From: a bacterium
GTDB taxonomy: Bacteria > Zhuqueibacterota > Zhuqueibacteria > Residuimicrobiales > Krinioviventaceae
Assembly (NCBI GenBank): GCA_963674595.2
Contig: CAXXFV010000003.1
Span: 326,634 to 390,633, forward strand
Direction: 5' to 3'
Length of the DNA: 64,000 nt
Shown: positions 31,968 through 41,505 of the stretch, in pieces
Numbering within the stretch: the stretch's first letter is position 1
Layout: every line of letters begins with the position of its first letter
Program-made: the position numbers and the translations under genes
Notes under the pieces: model-generated
What the model saw: only the letters and a program-made list of their open reading frames with translations
The model's database searches: none
What the model was told of the DNA's origin: nothing

Positions 31968-32909
31968 ATGATGCAAGAAAAAGCAACGGATCCAATAATC
32001 GGCAATAGTCCGGAAATGACAGCCATACGTCGTGCTGTAAAAAAAATGGCTAATGAAAACCAGAACATACTCATCCTCGGTGATATCGGATCAGGTCGAA
32101 CCTATATATCTCAATTACTTCATAATAGCGGTAACCGCAAAAACAAACCCTTTATAACTGTAAATTGCCCGGCCATAGGTGAAACAATCGATCCGGATGA
32201 AATTTTTGCCGACAACAAAAATGGAAAACCGCCAAAAGGCAGCCTGCTTTTTTCCGCGCAAAACGGGACATTGTGTCTGGATGACCTGGATAAATTACAA
32301 GCTGAATTTCAGGAAAGATTGTTCGGATTTTTCACATCCATATTCGATAATGATAATGCAACGATGACAAACGAATTAAACACACGAATTATTGCAACCG
32401 CAGAACCGGACCTTTTAAAAAAAACCAAAAAGAAAAACCTGCGTAATGATCTTTATCATAAACTCAGTCAGTTTCGTTTGGTTATTCCCTCATTAACGGA
32501 AAGACGTCAGGACATTCCATTTTTGTTTACACATTTTCTGGAAGATTTTTGTCAGGAATTTGAAAAACCGGCCCCCACAATTCCCAATGAAATATTTGAC
32601 TCTATTTTGGATTATGAATGGCCGGGAAATGTTTCTGAATTAAAAAACTGCGTCAGAAATCTGGTTATCATGTCACCAGACGGAACGCTTTCTCCGGAAT
32701 ATTTGCCCTTTCGAATACAACAGCACCCTCTGGAAATGTTTACCTCAAAAGACCTGCCCACGGCCGTTGCCGAAGTGGAAAAGTACCTGATACGTAAAGC
32801 GCTCGCCCGTTATGAAGGCAATCAATCCAAAGCTGCACGATTTTTAAATCTTTCAGAAGCGGCGCTGCGTTATAAACTTAAAAAATACGGCCTGCCGACA
32901 GCACGTTAG
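31968..32909 (+). CDS. Sigma-54 activator-like (NtrC/Fis) protein with degenerate AAA+ domain and C-terminal Fis HTH
   Basis: IIGNS, PFITVNC, RIIAT, LRNDLYHKL, YEWPGNVSEL and GNQSKAARFLNLS. Walker A is GDIGSGRT and there is no GAFTGA. Confidence 0.85.
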   Translation: MMQEKATDPIIGNSPEMTAIRRAVKKMANENQNILILGDIGSGRTYISQLLHNSGNRKNKPFITVNCPAIGETIDPDEIFADNKNGKPPKGSLLFSAQNGTLCLDDLDKLQAEFQERLFGFFTSIFDNDNATMTNELNTRIIATAEPDLLKKTKKKNLRNDLYHKLSQFRLVIPSLTERRQDIPFLFTHFLEDFCQEFEKPAPTIPNEIFDSILDYEWPGNVSELKNCVRNLVIMSPDGTLSPEYLPFRIQQHPLEMFTSKDLPTAVAEVEKYLIRKALARYEGNQSKAARFLNLSEAALRYKLKKYGLPTAR

Positions 32910-33035
32910 GTTTTTGTGCAAAGCGATTTTAAAACGTGAATTAACACCTCCCAGAATAATTTCCTCTTTATTGCTACAAAAAAATTTACTATCTTGGGCC
33001 GGACAAAATAACACACTAACGGAGACCGGTTATTT

Positions 33036-33950
33036 ATGATTGGAATATCAACAGCCTGGCGGGCTGGTATATATGATGACGGAAATCAACTTTTGGATGA
33101 AATGCTGAATAGCGGATTAAATTCTTTGGAAGTTGATTACCGAATAACAAGCGACGAATTTAAAAAAATAAAAAAACGATTACAAAAAGAATTTCAGGTC
33201 CTTTCAGTTCATAACTTTACCCCCATTCCGGAAGGGATTCCCAAAAATGAGGCTAGCGGAGACCTGTTCATGCTTTCTTCTCCGGATGAAGATGAACGCA
33301 AAACAGCCGTAAAAAATACCATAAAAACTATCCAGCACGCCGTTGATCTGAATGCAATGATTGTGGTATTACATCTCGGACAGGTAGAGATGGACGGAGA
33401 AATTGAGACTATAGAAAAGTTCAAACAAAAAAATCTCATAGATTCAAAAGAATATCACGATTTTTTAAATAAAAAACTAAATGAACGTGAACAAAAATCA
33501 GGCAAATATTTTAATGCCATCCTGAAAAGCCTGGATGAACTGAATGAACGGGCGTGCAAGCTGGGAATTTTATTAGGAGCAGAAAACCGGTATCGATACA
33601 CGCAAATTCCTTTTTCAACAGAGTTTGATACCATTTTTCAGGAATTTTCCGGTGGAAATATTCGGTATTGGCACGACGTCGGCCACGCCGAAATTTTTCA
33701 CAGATTAAATATCCAGGACCATGTAAATGATTTTTTACTCCCCTATAAAGAACATTTGGCGGGTTTTCACATACACGACATTAAAGGTATCGCAGACCAT
33801 AATGCCCCGGGCCAGGGTGATTTTGATTTTTCGATTTTAAAACCTTTTATGGAAGATTATATGATTAAAATTCTGGAAATTCATCCCCACGAATCGGCAG
33901 AAAATGTACAGCAGGGTATTGAATATTTATATGAACAGGGTTTGTTCTAA
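33036..33950 (+). CDS. Sugar phosphate isomerase/epimerase family (xylose isomerase-like TIM barrel)
   Basis: SVHN, VVLH, ENR, WHDVGH, HIHD and DHNAPGQG metal-binding pattern. Confidence 0.85.
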   Translation: MIGISTAWRAGIYDDGNQLLDEMLNSGLNSLEVDYRITSDEFKKIKKRLQKEFQVLSVHNFTPIPEGIPKNEASGDLFMLSSPDEDERKTAVKNTIKTIQHAVDLNAMIVVLHLGQVEMDGEIETIEKFKQKNLIDSKEYHDFLNKKLNEREQKSGKYFNAILKSLDELNERACKLGILLGAENRYRYTQIPFSTEFDTIFQEFSGGNIRYWHDVGHAEIFHRLNIQDHVNDFLLPYKEHLAGFHIHDIKGIADHNAPGQGDFDFSILKPFMEDYMIKILEIHPHESAENVQQGIEYLYEQGLF

Positions 33951-33953
33951 ATT

Positions 33954-34721
33954 TTAAAACGAAAATTGTTTATAAAATTGGTCGAGCGATAAGGCCGGTA
34001 TTTCATTTTTCAGGGCCAGTTCAACCTGTTCCGGTGTATTATAACCCCATGTTGCCAAAACGCAATTGACACCGGTATCCATCACTTTAATCAAAGTATC
34101 AACCTGGTCATCAACAAAATTAAAAGATTCCGGTTTAATATTCAATTTTTCCAATAATTCCACAATAATCTGTCGTTTTGAGCGGTCCTTGTTTGCATGA
34201 AACTGCATGTCCGGCGGCACAGGAATATTGTGTTCCCGGAAAATAATATCGACAAAACTGGTGCGCTTGGTCGTAATAATACACAGTCTGTCTTTTGCCG
34301 GATAGGAGGTTAAATAATCCTTCATACCTTTATATAGCGGATTTAAGGCTATCCACTGTGAACGCTTATGTTCCGAAAGCTGCTCACGCTCCTGATAAAA
34401 CAACCGGATAAATTCATTGCGTAAATTTTGGTATTGCTGTGTAAATGTGTCAAAATCAACCTGATTATTGACCTGAACATTCTCAGCCAATGCCAAAAGA
34501 ATATAAACATAATCCTCACCGGTACGAATAAAATTCCGCAAAGCACGTTGTTTTTTAACGGATTCCGCAGACAAATCGGAAAACCGGGTTATTCGTTTTC
34601 CTCCCCGAAATTCAACAAAAGCATTATGCGCAACGACAAAACACTCGGCAATACTGTCATCAATAACACCATCAAAATCAAGCGCTAAAAAATGTTTTGA
34701 CGGATTAAATTCCATATTCAT
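33954..34721 (-). CDS. HAD superfamily hydrolase
   Basis: ALDFDGVIDDS, IITTK, FVDD and LATWGYN motifs. Confidence 0.85.
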   Translation of the reverse strand: MNMEFNPSKHFLALDFDGVIDDSIAECFVVAHNAFVEFRGGKRITRFSDLSAESVKKQRALRNFIRTGEDYVYILLALAENVQVNNQVDFDTFTQQYQNLRNEFIRLFYQEREQLSEHKRSQWIALNPLYKGMKDYLTSYPAKDRLCIITTKRTSFVDIIFREHNIPVPPDMQFHANKDRSKRQIIVELLEKLNIKPESFNFVDDQVDTLIKVMDTGVNCVLATWGYNTPEQVELALKNEIPALSLDQFYKQFSF

Positions 34722-34731
34722 TATTCCTTGT

Positions 34732-34764
34732 AAAAAAGCTCCTGTTAATTGATTTAACAGGAGC
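34732..34764 (-). terminator. Rho-independent terminator after trpB1
   Basis: Minus strand GCTCCTGTTAA-atcaa-TTAACAGGAGC-TTTTTT. Confidence 0.85.
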
Positions 34765-34773
34765 CTGCAAATA

Positions 34774-35976
34774 TTACATCAAACCATCATTATAATTTTC
34801 AATTACATAATCAAGGTCTTTATCTCCCCGACCGCTCAAATTAACCAGAATAGACTGAAATTCATTTTCTTTTGCCCATTTAAGAGCATAAGCAACAGCG
34901 TGTGCGCTTTCTAAAGCCGGAATTAATCCTTCCTGACGGCTCAACAGATAAAACGCTTCAACCGCTTCTTTATCATTTACAGAAGAATATTGAACACGGC
35001 CATCATCTTTTAAATGGGAATGCTCCGGACCAACTCCCGGATAATCCAAACCACTGGCAATGGAATAAACCGGTGCAGGTTCGCCCTTTTCATCCTGAAG
35101 CAGATAACATTTAAATCCGTGAATGACACCCTCTTTACCATAAGTCAATGTTGCCGCATGGTCTCCGGTTTTAAAAGAACGGCCGGCCGGTTCAACACCG
35201 ATAATATCACAATCGTCATTCAAAAAGGCGGAAAAAATTCCCATGGCATTGCTGCCGCCGCCAACACAAGCGCATACGGCATCCGGCAGTTCACCTGTCA
35301 TTTCCATAAATTGTTCACGCGCTTCAATACCGACAACACGTTGAAATTCACGGACCATCATTGGAAAAGGATGCGGACCGACAACAGACCCAATACAATA
35401 AATAGAATTAACAGGATCAGCCATATAAGCTTCAAATGCCGAGTCAACAGCTTCTTTAAGCGTCTTTAAACCAAATGTAACAGGGACAACCTTTGCGCCC
35501 AAAATTTTCATTCGGGCAACATTTGGCGCTTCTTTTTTGATGTCCACTTCACCCATGTGAATTTCACATTCGAGACCAAAATAAGCAGCGGCCGTAGCCA
35601 ATGCAACACCATGCTGTCCGGCTCCGGTCTCTGCAATTAACTTTTTCTTGCCGAGATATTTTGCCAGCAATCCTTCACCCATACAATGGTTTAACTTGTG
35701 CGCACCGGTATGATTCAGATCTTCGCGTTTAAGATAAATGCGTCCACCGCCGATATAATCAGACAATCGTTCCGCATAATAAACCGGTGTGGGACGACCC
35801 TGATAATGCTTACGAATAGCACGAAGCTCGGATATAAAACGTGTCGATTTGCTGATACGCGTATATGCTTCGGTAATTTCCTTAAAATGGTCGACCAACT
35901 GGGGTGGCAGAAATGCGCCGCCATATTTTCCAAAATAACCTTCTTTATTTGGAAATTGTTTAAAATAATTTTTCAT
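34774..35976 (-). CDS. trpB: Tryptophan synthase beta chain (TrpB1 type), stand-alone
   Basis: [49 protein letters not shown] and [19 protein letters not shown]. Confidence 0.96.
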   Translation of the reverse strand: MKNYFKQFPNKEGYFGKYGGAFLPPQLVDHFKEITEAYTRISKSTRFISELRAIRKHYQGRPTPVYYAERLSDYIGGGRIYLKREDLNHTGAHKLNHCMGEGLLAKYLGKKKLIAETGAGQHGVALATAAAYFGLECEIHMGEVDIKKEAPNVARMKILGAKVVPVTFGLKTLKEAVDSAFEAYMADPVNSIYCIGSVVGPHPFPMMVREFQRVVGIEAREQFMEMTGELPDAVCACVGGGSNAMGIFSAFLNDDCDIIGVEPAGRSFKTGDHAATLTYGKEGVIHGFKCYLLQDEKGEPAPVYSIASGLDYPGVGPEHSHLKDDGRVQYSSVNDKEAVEAFYLLSRQEGLIPALESAHAVAYALKWAKENEFQSILVNLSGRGDKDLDYVIENYNDGLM

Positions 35977-36128
35977 TGTCAGGACCTCCTCTAAATAATG
36001 TGTTCCTCAAACCAATATATAATAGCCTGTATTTTATTAATCAAGCACGAAAATATTCAAATCCCCTTTTAATTTCCCTGTTCAATCCAGATTTTAAAAG
36101 AATGTCCACTCAAACCCGGGAAAGAATC

Positions 36129-36157
36129 AATATAAAAAGAAATCTTGCGCCTGTCAA
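36129..36157 (-). promoter_or_regulatory. Sigma70-type promoter for trpB1
   Basis: Minus strand TTGACA-N17-TATATT. Confidence 0.7.
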
Positions 36158-36216
36158 GAATTCTTTTAAAAAAGCCATTTTCCTTTCAAATAAATTTCAT
36201 TTTACAAAAAAAAAGA

Positions 36217-36245
36217 TTGACATAAAAATTTCAAGTTTATATATT
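36217..36245 (+). promoter_or_regulatory. Sigma70-type promoter for the trp leader and trpB2
   Basis: TTGACA(36217-36222)-N17-TATATT(36240-36245). Confidence 0.75.
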
Positions 36246-36277
36246 AACACTGTTAATAATGAAAGAGTTTTAAATTT

Positions 36278-36382
36278 ATGCAATCCATTACTTTTAACAA
36301 AATCGCTTCAAATTGGAACCTCTGGTGGGGTTGGTGGCGCATTATGTTAAATCGTAGTGGAAAAGAGAATCTATTACCGTAA
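36278..36382 (+). CDS. trpL: Tryptophan-rich attenuator leader peptide (34 aa)
   Basis: Translates to MQSITFNKIASNWNLWWGWWRIMLNRSGKENLLP*, with five TGG codons in 36314-36337. Not in the ORF track because it is under 60 aa. Confidence 0.88.
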   Translation: MQSITFNKIASNWNLWWGWWRIMLNRSGKENLLP

Positions 36383-36446
36383 AAATATTCCATATATCAT
36401 AAAATCTCAAGCCCGCTACGATCCTCGATCATAGCGGGCTTTTTTT
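36351..36446 (+). promoter_or_regulatory. Transcription attenuator: mutually exclusive antiterminator and terminator
   Basis: Terminator AAGCCCGCTA(36409-18)...TAGCGGGCTT(36432-41) plus a T tract. ATCGTAGTGG (36351-60) pairs over 10 bp (one G-U) with CCGCTACGAT (36413-22), the terminator 5' arm. Confidence 0.85.
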
Positions 36447-36475
36447 ATTTTTAACCCACAAAAATGGAGAGTCTA

Positions 36476-37843
36476 ATGAGCACAACAAAAATCTTCCTTG
36501 ATGAAAAAGACATGCCAAAACAATGGTATAATTTAGCAGCAGATTTTGAAACACCACCGCCGCCGCCTTTAGGCCCGGATGGGAACCCTATTTCACCGGA
36601 TATGCTGGCACCGGTATTTCCGATGAATTTAATAGAACAGGAAGTCAGTACGCAACGATGGATTGATATTCCGGAAAAAATCCTGGAAATTTACCAACTT
36701 TGGCGCCCGTCTCCACTTTATCGTGCTCGAAGACTGGAAAAAGCTTTGGGAACACCTGCCAAAATTTATTACAAAAATGAAGGCGTTAGTCCGGCCGGAA
36801 GCCATAAGCCGAATACAGCTATTGCCCAGGCCTATTATAATAAAGAGTTTGGCATTGAACGTCTCACCACCGAAACGGGTGCCGGTCAATGGGGCAGCGC
36901 ATTAAGTTTTGCCTGTAAACTCATCGGATTAGAATGTAAAGTTTTTATGGTACGAATCAGTTTCGATCAAAAACCATTTCGCCGTTTAATGATGGAAACC
37001 TGGGGTGGTACATGTATTCCCAGTCCAAGTCCGGAAACAAATGCCGGTCGAAAAATTTTAGAGGCAACACCAGACACACCCGGAAGCCTGGGAATTGCTA
37101 TTAGTGAAGCTATTGAAGCGGCTGTCAGTGATCCAACCGGAAAAACACGTTATTCACTTGGTAGCGTTTTAAATCATGTGATGCTGCACCAAACCATTAT
37201 CGGCCAGGAAACGAAAAAACAATTGGCAATTGCCGGCGAAAAAAAGGTTGATGTTGTTATTGGCTGTGCCGGTGGTGGCAGCAATTTTGCCGGTTTGGCA
37301 TTTCCTTTTGTTGCTGATAAAATTCACGGCGCACAAATAGATATTATTCCTGTCGAACCAACATCCTGCCCCACACTCACCCGTGCACCCTATGCTTATG
37401 ATTTTGGCGATACAGCCGAAATGACACCGTTGCTTCCCATGCACTCTCTTGGTCACGCCTTTGTACCGCCTCCCATTCATGCCGGTGGATTACGATATCA
37501 TGGTATGGCTCCTCTTGTCAGCCATGCGGCAAAAGAAGGATTGATCTCTCCAAGAGCTATTGATCAGCTTGAATGTTATGAAGCGGCTGTTTTATGGGCA
37601 CAAACAGAAGGTTTTATTTCCGCGCCGGAAACAAGCCACGCCATCGCCGCTACTATTCAGGAAGCGAAAAAAGCCAAAGAAGAAGGCAAAGAAAAAGTGA
37701 TTGTCTTTAACTGGAGCGGTCACGGTTTAATGGACCTTTTGGGGTATGATGCTTACTTTAGCGGCAAACTAACTAATTATCCGTTACCGGAAGAAGATAT
37801 TATAAAATCAACAGCTGTTTTGGCAAATCTTCCAAAACCATAA
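36476..37843 (+). CDS. trpB2: TrpB2 (TrpB-like PLP enzyme, tryptophan synthase beta type 2)
   Basis: [53 protein letters not shown] and SGHG. ATG 36476 follows GGAG. Confidence 0.95.
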   Translation: MSTTKIFLDEKDMPKQWYNLAADFETPPPPPLGPDGNPISPDMLAPVFPMNLIEQEVSTQRWIDIPEKILEIYQLWRPSPLYRARRLEKALGTPAKIYYKNEGVSPAGSHKPNTAIAQAYYNKEFGIERLTTETGAGQWGSALSFACKLIGLECKVFMVRISFDQKPFRRLMMETWGGTCIPSPSPETNAGRKILEATPDTPGSLGIAISEAIEAAVSDPTGKTRYSLGSVLNHVMLHQTIIGQETKKQLAIAGEKKVDVVIGCAGGGSNFAGLAFPFVADKIHGAQIDIIPVEPTSCPTLTRAPYAYDFGDTAEMTPLLPMHSLGHAFVPPPIHAGGLRYHGMAPLVSHAAKEGLISPRAIDQLECYEAAVLWAQTEGFISAPETSHAIAATIQEAKKAKEEGKEKVIVFNWSGHGLMDLLGYDAYFSGKLTNYPLPEEDIIKSTAVLANLPKP

Positions 37844-37852
37844 CTAAAATGC

Positions 37853-37879
37853 AAAGCCCGGAAATAATTTCCGGGCTTT
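37853..37879. terminator. Stem-loop after trpB2 (terminator or mRNA stabiliser)
   Basis: AAAGCCCGGAAA-taa-TTTCCGGGCTTT perfect inverted repeat, with only a short T tail. Confidence 0.6.
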
Positions 37880-37898
37880 AAAAACTTACGAGAAAGAT

Positions 37899-38153
37899 AT
37901 GAAAACACAATACGACCACGAAACACGATACTGCCCCATGCTGGGCCACGAAATGAATTTTTATTATTGCCGAACCACACACAACCATACGTTATGCCGT
38001 AAAATCATGGATTGCTGGCACCAAAGGCTGCCGATTGGGACGTTTTTGCAAGAGAATTTTACTGAAAATGAACTAAGCGTTATTTCAAAAACGCCACAGG
38101 ACAAAATCACGACAATCATGCAGCTAATCAATCAGGCACAGAAGGAAAAATAG
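37899..38153 (+). CDS. Small Cys-rich hypothetical protein (possible metal binding)
   Basis: CPMLGHE..F.YCR...LCRKIMDCW, i.e. C-x11-C-x8-C-x5-C. Confidence 0.7.
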   Translation: MKTQYDHETRYCPMLGHEMNFYYCRTTHNHTLCRKIMDCWHQRLPIGTFLQENFTENELSVISKTPQDKITTIMQLINQAQKEK

Positions 38154-38163
38154 TCAAAACGGA

Positions 38164-40011
38164 TTAAAGTACTTTATTCAAACTCTTTTTTAATTTGTCT
38201 TCCAGCTTGCCGGACTGCTTTTTCTTTTCAGCATCAATTCGGTTTTCAAGCTCCTGTTTTTTCTCTTCAACCAGTTTCAGGTTTCTGTCCAGTAAATCCT
38301 GATACTTTTGCAGTTGTTCATCCAGTTTTGCACGATTTGAAGTAACCGCTTTTTCAAACTTTTCTTTATAGGGGGCTACTTTTTTGTCCACATTGTCCTG
38401 CAAACGCTGCTTCGCTTTATTAATTTCAGCACTGGCCTGAGACTGAATTTGTTCCATAAACAAATTATCCAGATTGGAATTTAATCTGAAAGAGAAATGG
38501 TCTTTTATTTGCGAAATGTCGGCAGAGAAATCTACTTTTGAAGTATTTGTTAATAATTTATGAATATTCCTTTCCAGCATATTTGACGGCTGCTGGTCAT
38601 ACTGAAAAGCAACATTTTTACTGGAAAAAACAACAGAATTTTTTATGTCACCACCGGATAATTTCAAAGTTGTTTGAATATCACCAAAACCCTTAGCCAC
38701 TTTACCCGGTAATAGTTTTGAAGCTGATAATTTTACATTAGACAAAGGGATTCGCTTTAAGGACAGTGAAAAATCCTCACTGGGTGTTTCTGTCAAATAA
38801 TCAAACAAACCGGTTAACTTGATATTAGCACTATCAGCGCGGGCACCGCCAATAGCAAAGGTTGTTGTTTTGCCGATAAGGCTTTGGTTACTCACCCAGT
38901 TTTGCAAATCACCAATAAACTGGGTTTTGCCTTTGGTTTGCCCGTTAAAATGGACCTTTTTTATCCAAAATTTCGGCATTGGTTTTTTTCTGAGAAAAGA
39001 AATATCCTGCCCTTTGAATCGTGGCGGTTTTTCCTTTTTGGGCTTATCGGATTTGAACTTGGCTGAATAATAGCGAACCTGCCCTACTATATTTAAAACC
39101 TGGTTCAGTTGGTTTACCACACGGGTCCCGAAAATAAACTTGCCGATATTTTGACGATTAATGTCCGGCAGTTTAGCCATTTTAAGCGCATTTTTATAAT
39201 CCTGAACAATCCAGTCGTCAACCTGCTTTATACCGCTCTGCATAAATGAGAGGTCTGTTTTTAAACTGTCTACATTTTTTGTCATAAATGTCTTGAAAGA
39301 ATCTACCGAAGATTTAACCTGGTTGATGGTCGTCAGGGTGCTTTGCAGTTCCGTCAAGGTATTAATTTCAGACGGTTTTATGGTTTTCAGTTTTTCTTCA
39401 GTCTTTTTATACTTTTGTTCCCAATCTGTTTTGGTCAGGGTATTATCCCAATAGTTTGAAACCTGTTCAATATGTTTCTGTAAAGAATCAATTTTGTTGG
39501 GGGCCTCTATATGTAACAGGCTTAACAGGCTGTCCACATTAACTTTGCGTGTAAATTGAGCCCAGTTCCAGGCCGGTGCGTCCTTGACTTCGGATTCAAG
39601 TCTGTCCATAGTTTTTGAAAAAACATTTGGTTTTTTTGCCTTTTCAACCTTTGGCTTTTCAATTTTCCCGTCTGTGGTCCTTTTACCACCAAAAGTAAGA
39701 TTGGCGGCCTGAAAATTTTCAATAACATATTTTTTATAAAATAGGGGAAAAAGCTCCATATCAAATTCACATTTTCCGGTAGCAAGCATATTTGTCCAGG
39801 TATCCTTTGGGTCGGTCACCTGAAGACTGTCCCAACGAACATGTAAACCGGTCAATGAAACATCCAGCCTGTCAATCTCAACCTTTGCACCGACAATCGA
39901 AGAACCCAAATTTTCCAAACGTTTTTCAAGCCATTGGTCAGTAAAAATCATAATCAATGCAATAACAATTACGGCTATAATTAATAACGCTGCTATTCCT
40001 TTTTTTCGCAC
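38164..40011 (-). CDS. TIGR03545-family protein (N-terminal anchor, AsmA-like N-terminus, coiled coils)
   Basis: TM anchor, GAKVEI, LQVTDP.D.WTN, PPRFKGQDI.F and PKFWIK. Paired with a TIGR03546-like gene. Confidence 0.8.
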   Translation of the reverse strand: MRKKGIAALLIIAVIVIALIMIFTDQWLEKRLENLGSSIVGAKVEIDRLDVSLTGLHVRWDSLQVTDPKDTWTNMLATGKCEFDMELFPLFYKKYVIENFQAANLTFGGKRTTDGKIEKPKVEKAKKPNVFSKTMDRLESEVKDAPAWNWAQFTRKVNVDSLLSLLHIEAPNKIDSLQKHIEQVSNYWDNTLTKTDWEQKYKKTEEKLKTIKPSEINTLTELQSTLTTINQVKSSVDSFKTFMTKNVDSLKTDLSFMQSGIKQVDDWIVQDYKNALKMAKLPDINRQNIGKFIFGTRVVNQLNQVLNIVGQVRYYSAKFKSDKPKKEKPPRFKGQDISFLRKKPMPKFWIKKVHFNGQTKGKTQFIGDLQNWVSNQSLIGKTTTFAIGGARADSANIKLTGLFDYLTETPSEDFSLSLKRIPLSNVKLSASKLLPGKVAKGFGDIQTTLKLSGGDIKNSVVFSSKNVAFQYDQQPSNMLERNIHKLLTNTSKVDFSADISQIKDHFSFRLNSNLDNLFMEQIQSQASAEINKAKQRLQDNVDKKVAPYKEKFEKAVTSNRAKLDEQLQKYQDLLDRNLKLVEEKKQELENRIDAEKKKQSGKLEDKLKKSLNKVL

Positions 40012-40014
40012 AGC

Positions 40015-40539
40015 TTAATCTCCTATATTATGAAAACGATCATATAAACCATAAATTTTGGAAGATTTTAAAATCTGTACAATTTTTAATTTCTGAATTC
40101 GTTGATCGATTTTCTCCCGGTATAAAACGACCCCTTTTTTTGTCAAAAAATAAAAAGGAGCACAAAGAAGTAAGGATATTAACAAACTTGACAACACAAT
40201 CGTGTTATTAAACCGTGACAACGCGATAACTGGAATATTGTAAAGTGCCGTCCATAAACCATGTAAAGAGTCCACGTCTACCAAAAGCCAATATCCCAGG
40301 CTGTGAAAAGCCGGATCAAACAAAAAAGCAATAGCGCTGAATATTAAAAAGCTAAATATAGCCATTGCCAGGTTGACATTGAGAACAATCAGCAAGACAA
40401 GAACAACAAGGTTGTGTAAACTTGTCATCGGTGTAAGCCCAATGATCATCCCTAAAATAAATCCGCCGGCAAGCTGCGCCGGAGATTGTCCGGATCGTAA
40501 TGCTTTAAACAGCTTGCCTAAAAGTTTTAATATAAACAT
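40015..40539 (-). CDS. TIGR03546-family membrane protein
   Basis: SPAQLAGG..LGMIIGLTP, LFDPAFHSLG..LL, LYNIP...LSRFNNTIVL. Confidence 0.85.
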   Translation of the reverse strand: MFILKLLGKLFKALRSGQSPAQLAGGFILGMIIGLTPMTSLHNLVVLVLLIVLNVNLAMAIFSFLIFSAIAFLFDPAFHSLGYWLLVDVDSLHGLWTALYNIPVIALSRFNNTIVLSSLLISLLLCAPFYFLTKKGVVLYREKIDQRIQKLKIVQILKSSKIYGLYDRFHNIGD

Positions 40540-40645
40540 AATTGGCCCTCGTGTTTATAATTTATATAAACAAACCGGTTAATGTTTTTAATTATTCCTC
40601 TTCTTTATTAATGGAAATACAGTTCAAATGCACACCATTAAAATG

Positions 40646-41269
40646 TCAATGCCACTTTTTCTCACCGGCCCGAATTGCCAAAGGAACTGTGTTCTCTGAC
40701 GGTGGAATCGGGCATCGATATTTGTCCTTACCATAGGCACATAAGGGATTGTAAGCCAGGTTAAAATCAATTTTATACTCTTCAAACTCGTTCTCTTCAA
40801 GGTCCAGATACCGGCCGCCGCCATAGCATTCTTTACCGGATGTTTTATCCAGAAACGGCAGAAACAGGTGTTTGGGATATTTTTCCATTACATCGAGCAA
40901 TTTATAAACAAAAAGTTTGTGATAATGCTCTTTATATTCAAACACAAAATATGCATAACGAATAGCAGCCCGCTCTTCCCCTTTACTTGTCAAAACCTGT
41001 AACGTGTCCTGTACAGGCAGTTCGTTTAAATGTACTTCAAAAACAAACTTTGGATTAACGGGAAAATAATGCAAACCGGAAAATTCTTTAAGGTCATTTT
41101 CCATTATGGGCGAATCCGGACCGTGCAAAAACAGACTGTCTTTTTGGGCACGTTGCATTTTTATGTCTTTAATATAACCGGCATATTGTTTACTTGCATC
41201 GCCCTGATCTTTACAACCAAGAGCCTCCATAATAAATATAACACATACTGTCCATAAAACTTGCTTCAT
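40646..41269 (-). CDS. DUF1684 family protein (possible lipoprotein)
   Basis: FSGLHYFP, LFLPFLDKTSGKECYGGGRYLD, IDFNLAYNPLCAY and CPIPPSEN. ALGC lipobox-like. Confidence 0.9.
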   Translation of the reverse strand: MKQVLWTVCVIFIMEALGCKDQGDASKQYAGYIKDIKMQRAQKDSLFLHGPDSPIMENDLKEFSGLHYFPVNPKFVFEVHLNELPVQDTLQVLTSKGEERAAIRYAYFVFEYKEHYHKLFVYKLLDVMEKYPKHLFLPFLDKTSGKECYGGGRYLDLEENEFEEYKIDFNLAYNPLCAYGKDKYRCPIPPSENTVPLAIRAGEKKWH

Positions 41270-41505
41270 CTGTTCCTCTTTTTATATTTGCACTGTTAAA
41301 CGATGATTGTTTTTCATACATTAAAATAAAATTCCCAGACTATTAATGCAAGATAATTAAATAAATTTTTCAGGGTAATTGAAATAAATTATATTTTCCC
41401 CAAGGTTTATGTCTTAAAAATTGCAAAAATATCCGTAGGGATAAGATTACGGACCTGATATTAAATGTAATTGAACAGTTACTTGTATTTACCCGACAAA
41501 CTACC

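Noticed and set aside
35977-36125. T-box, TRAP site or second attenuator in the trpB1 leader
   Set aside because: No T-box consensus, no regular (G/T)AG repeat series, no Trp-codon uORF and no terminator hairpin were seen.
35976-36350. 124-aa plus-strand ORF in the trpB1-trpB2 intergenic region
   Set aside because: It runs through both promoters, has no RBS and has low-complexity AT-driven composition. The meaningful ORF is the Trp-rich leader in another frame.
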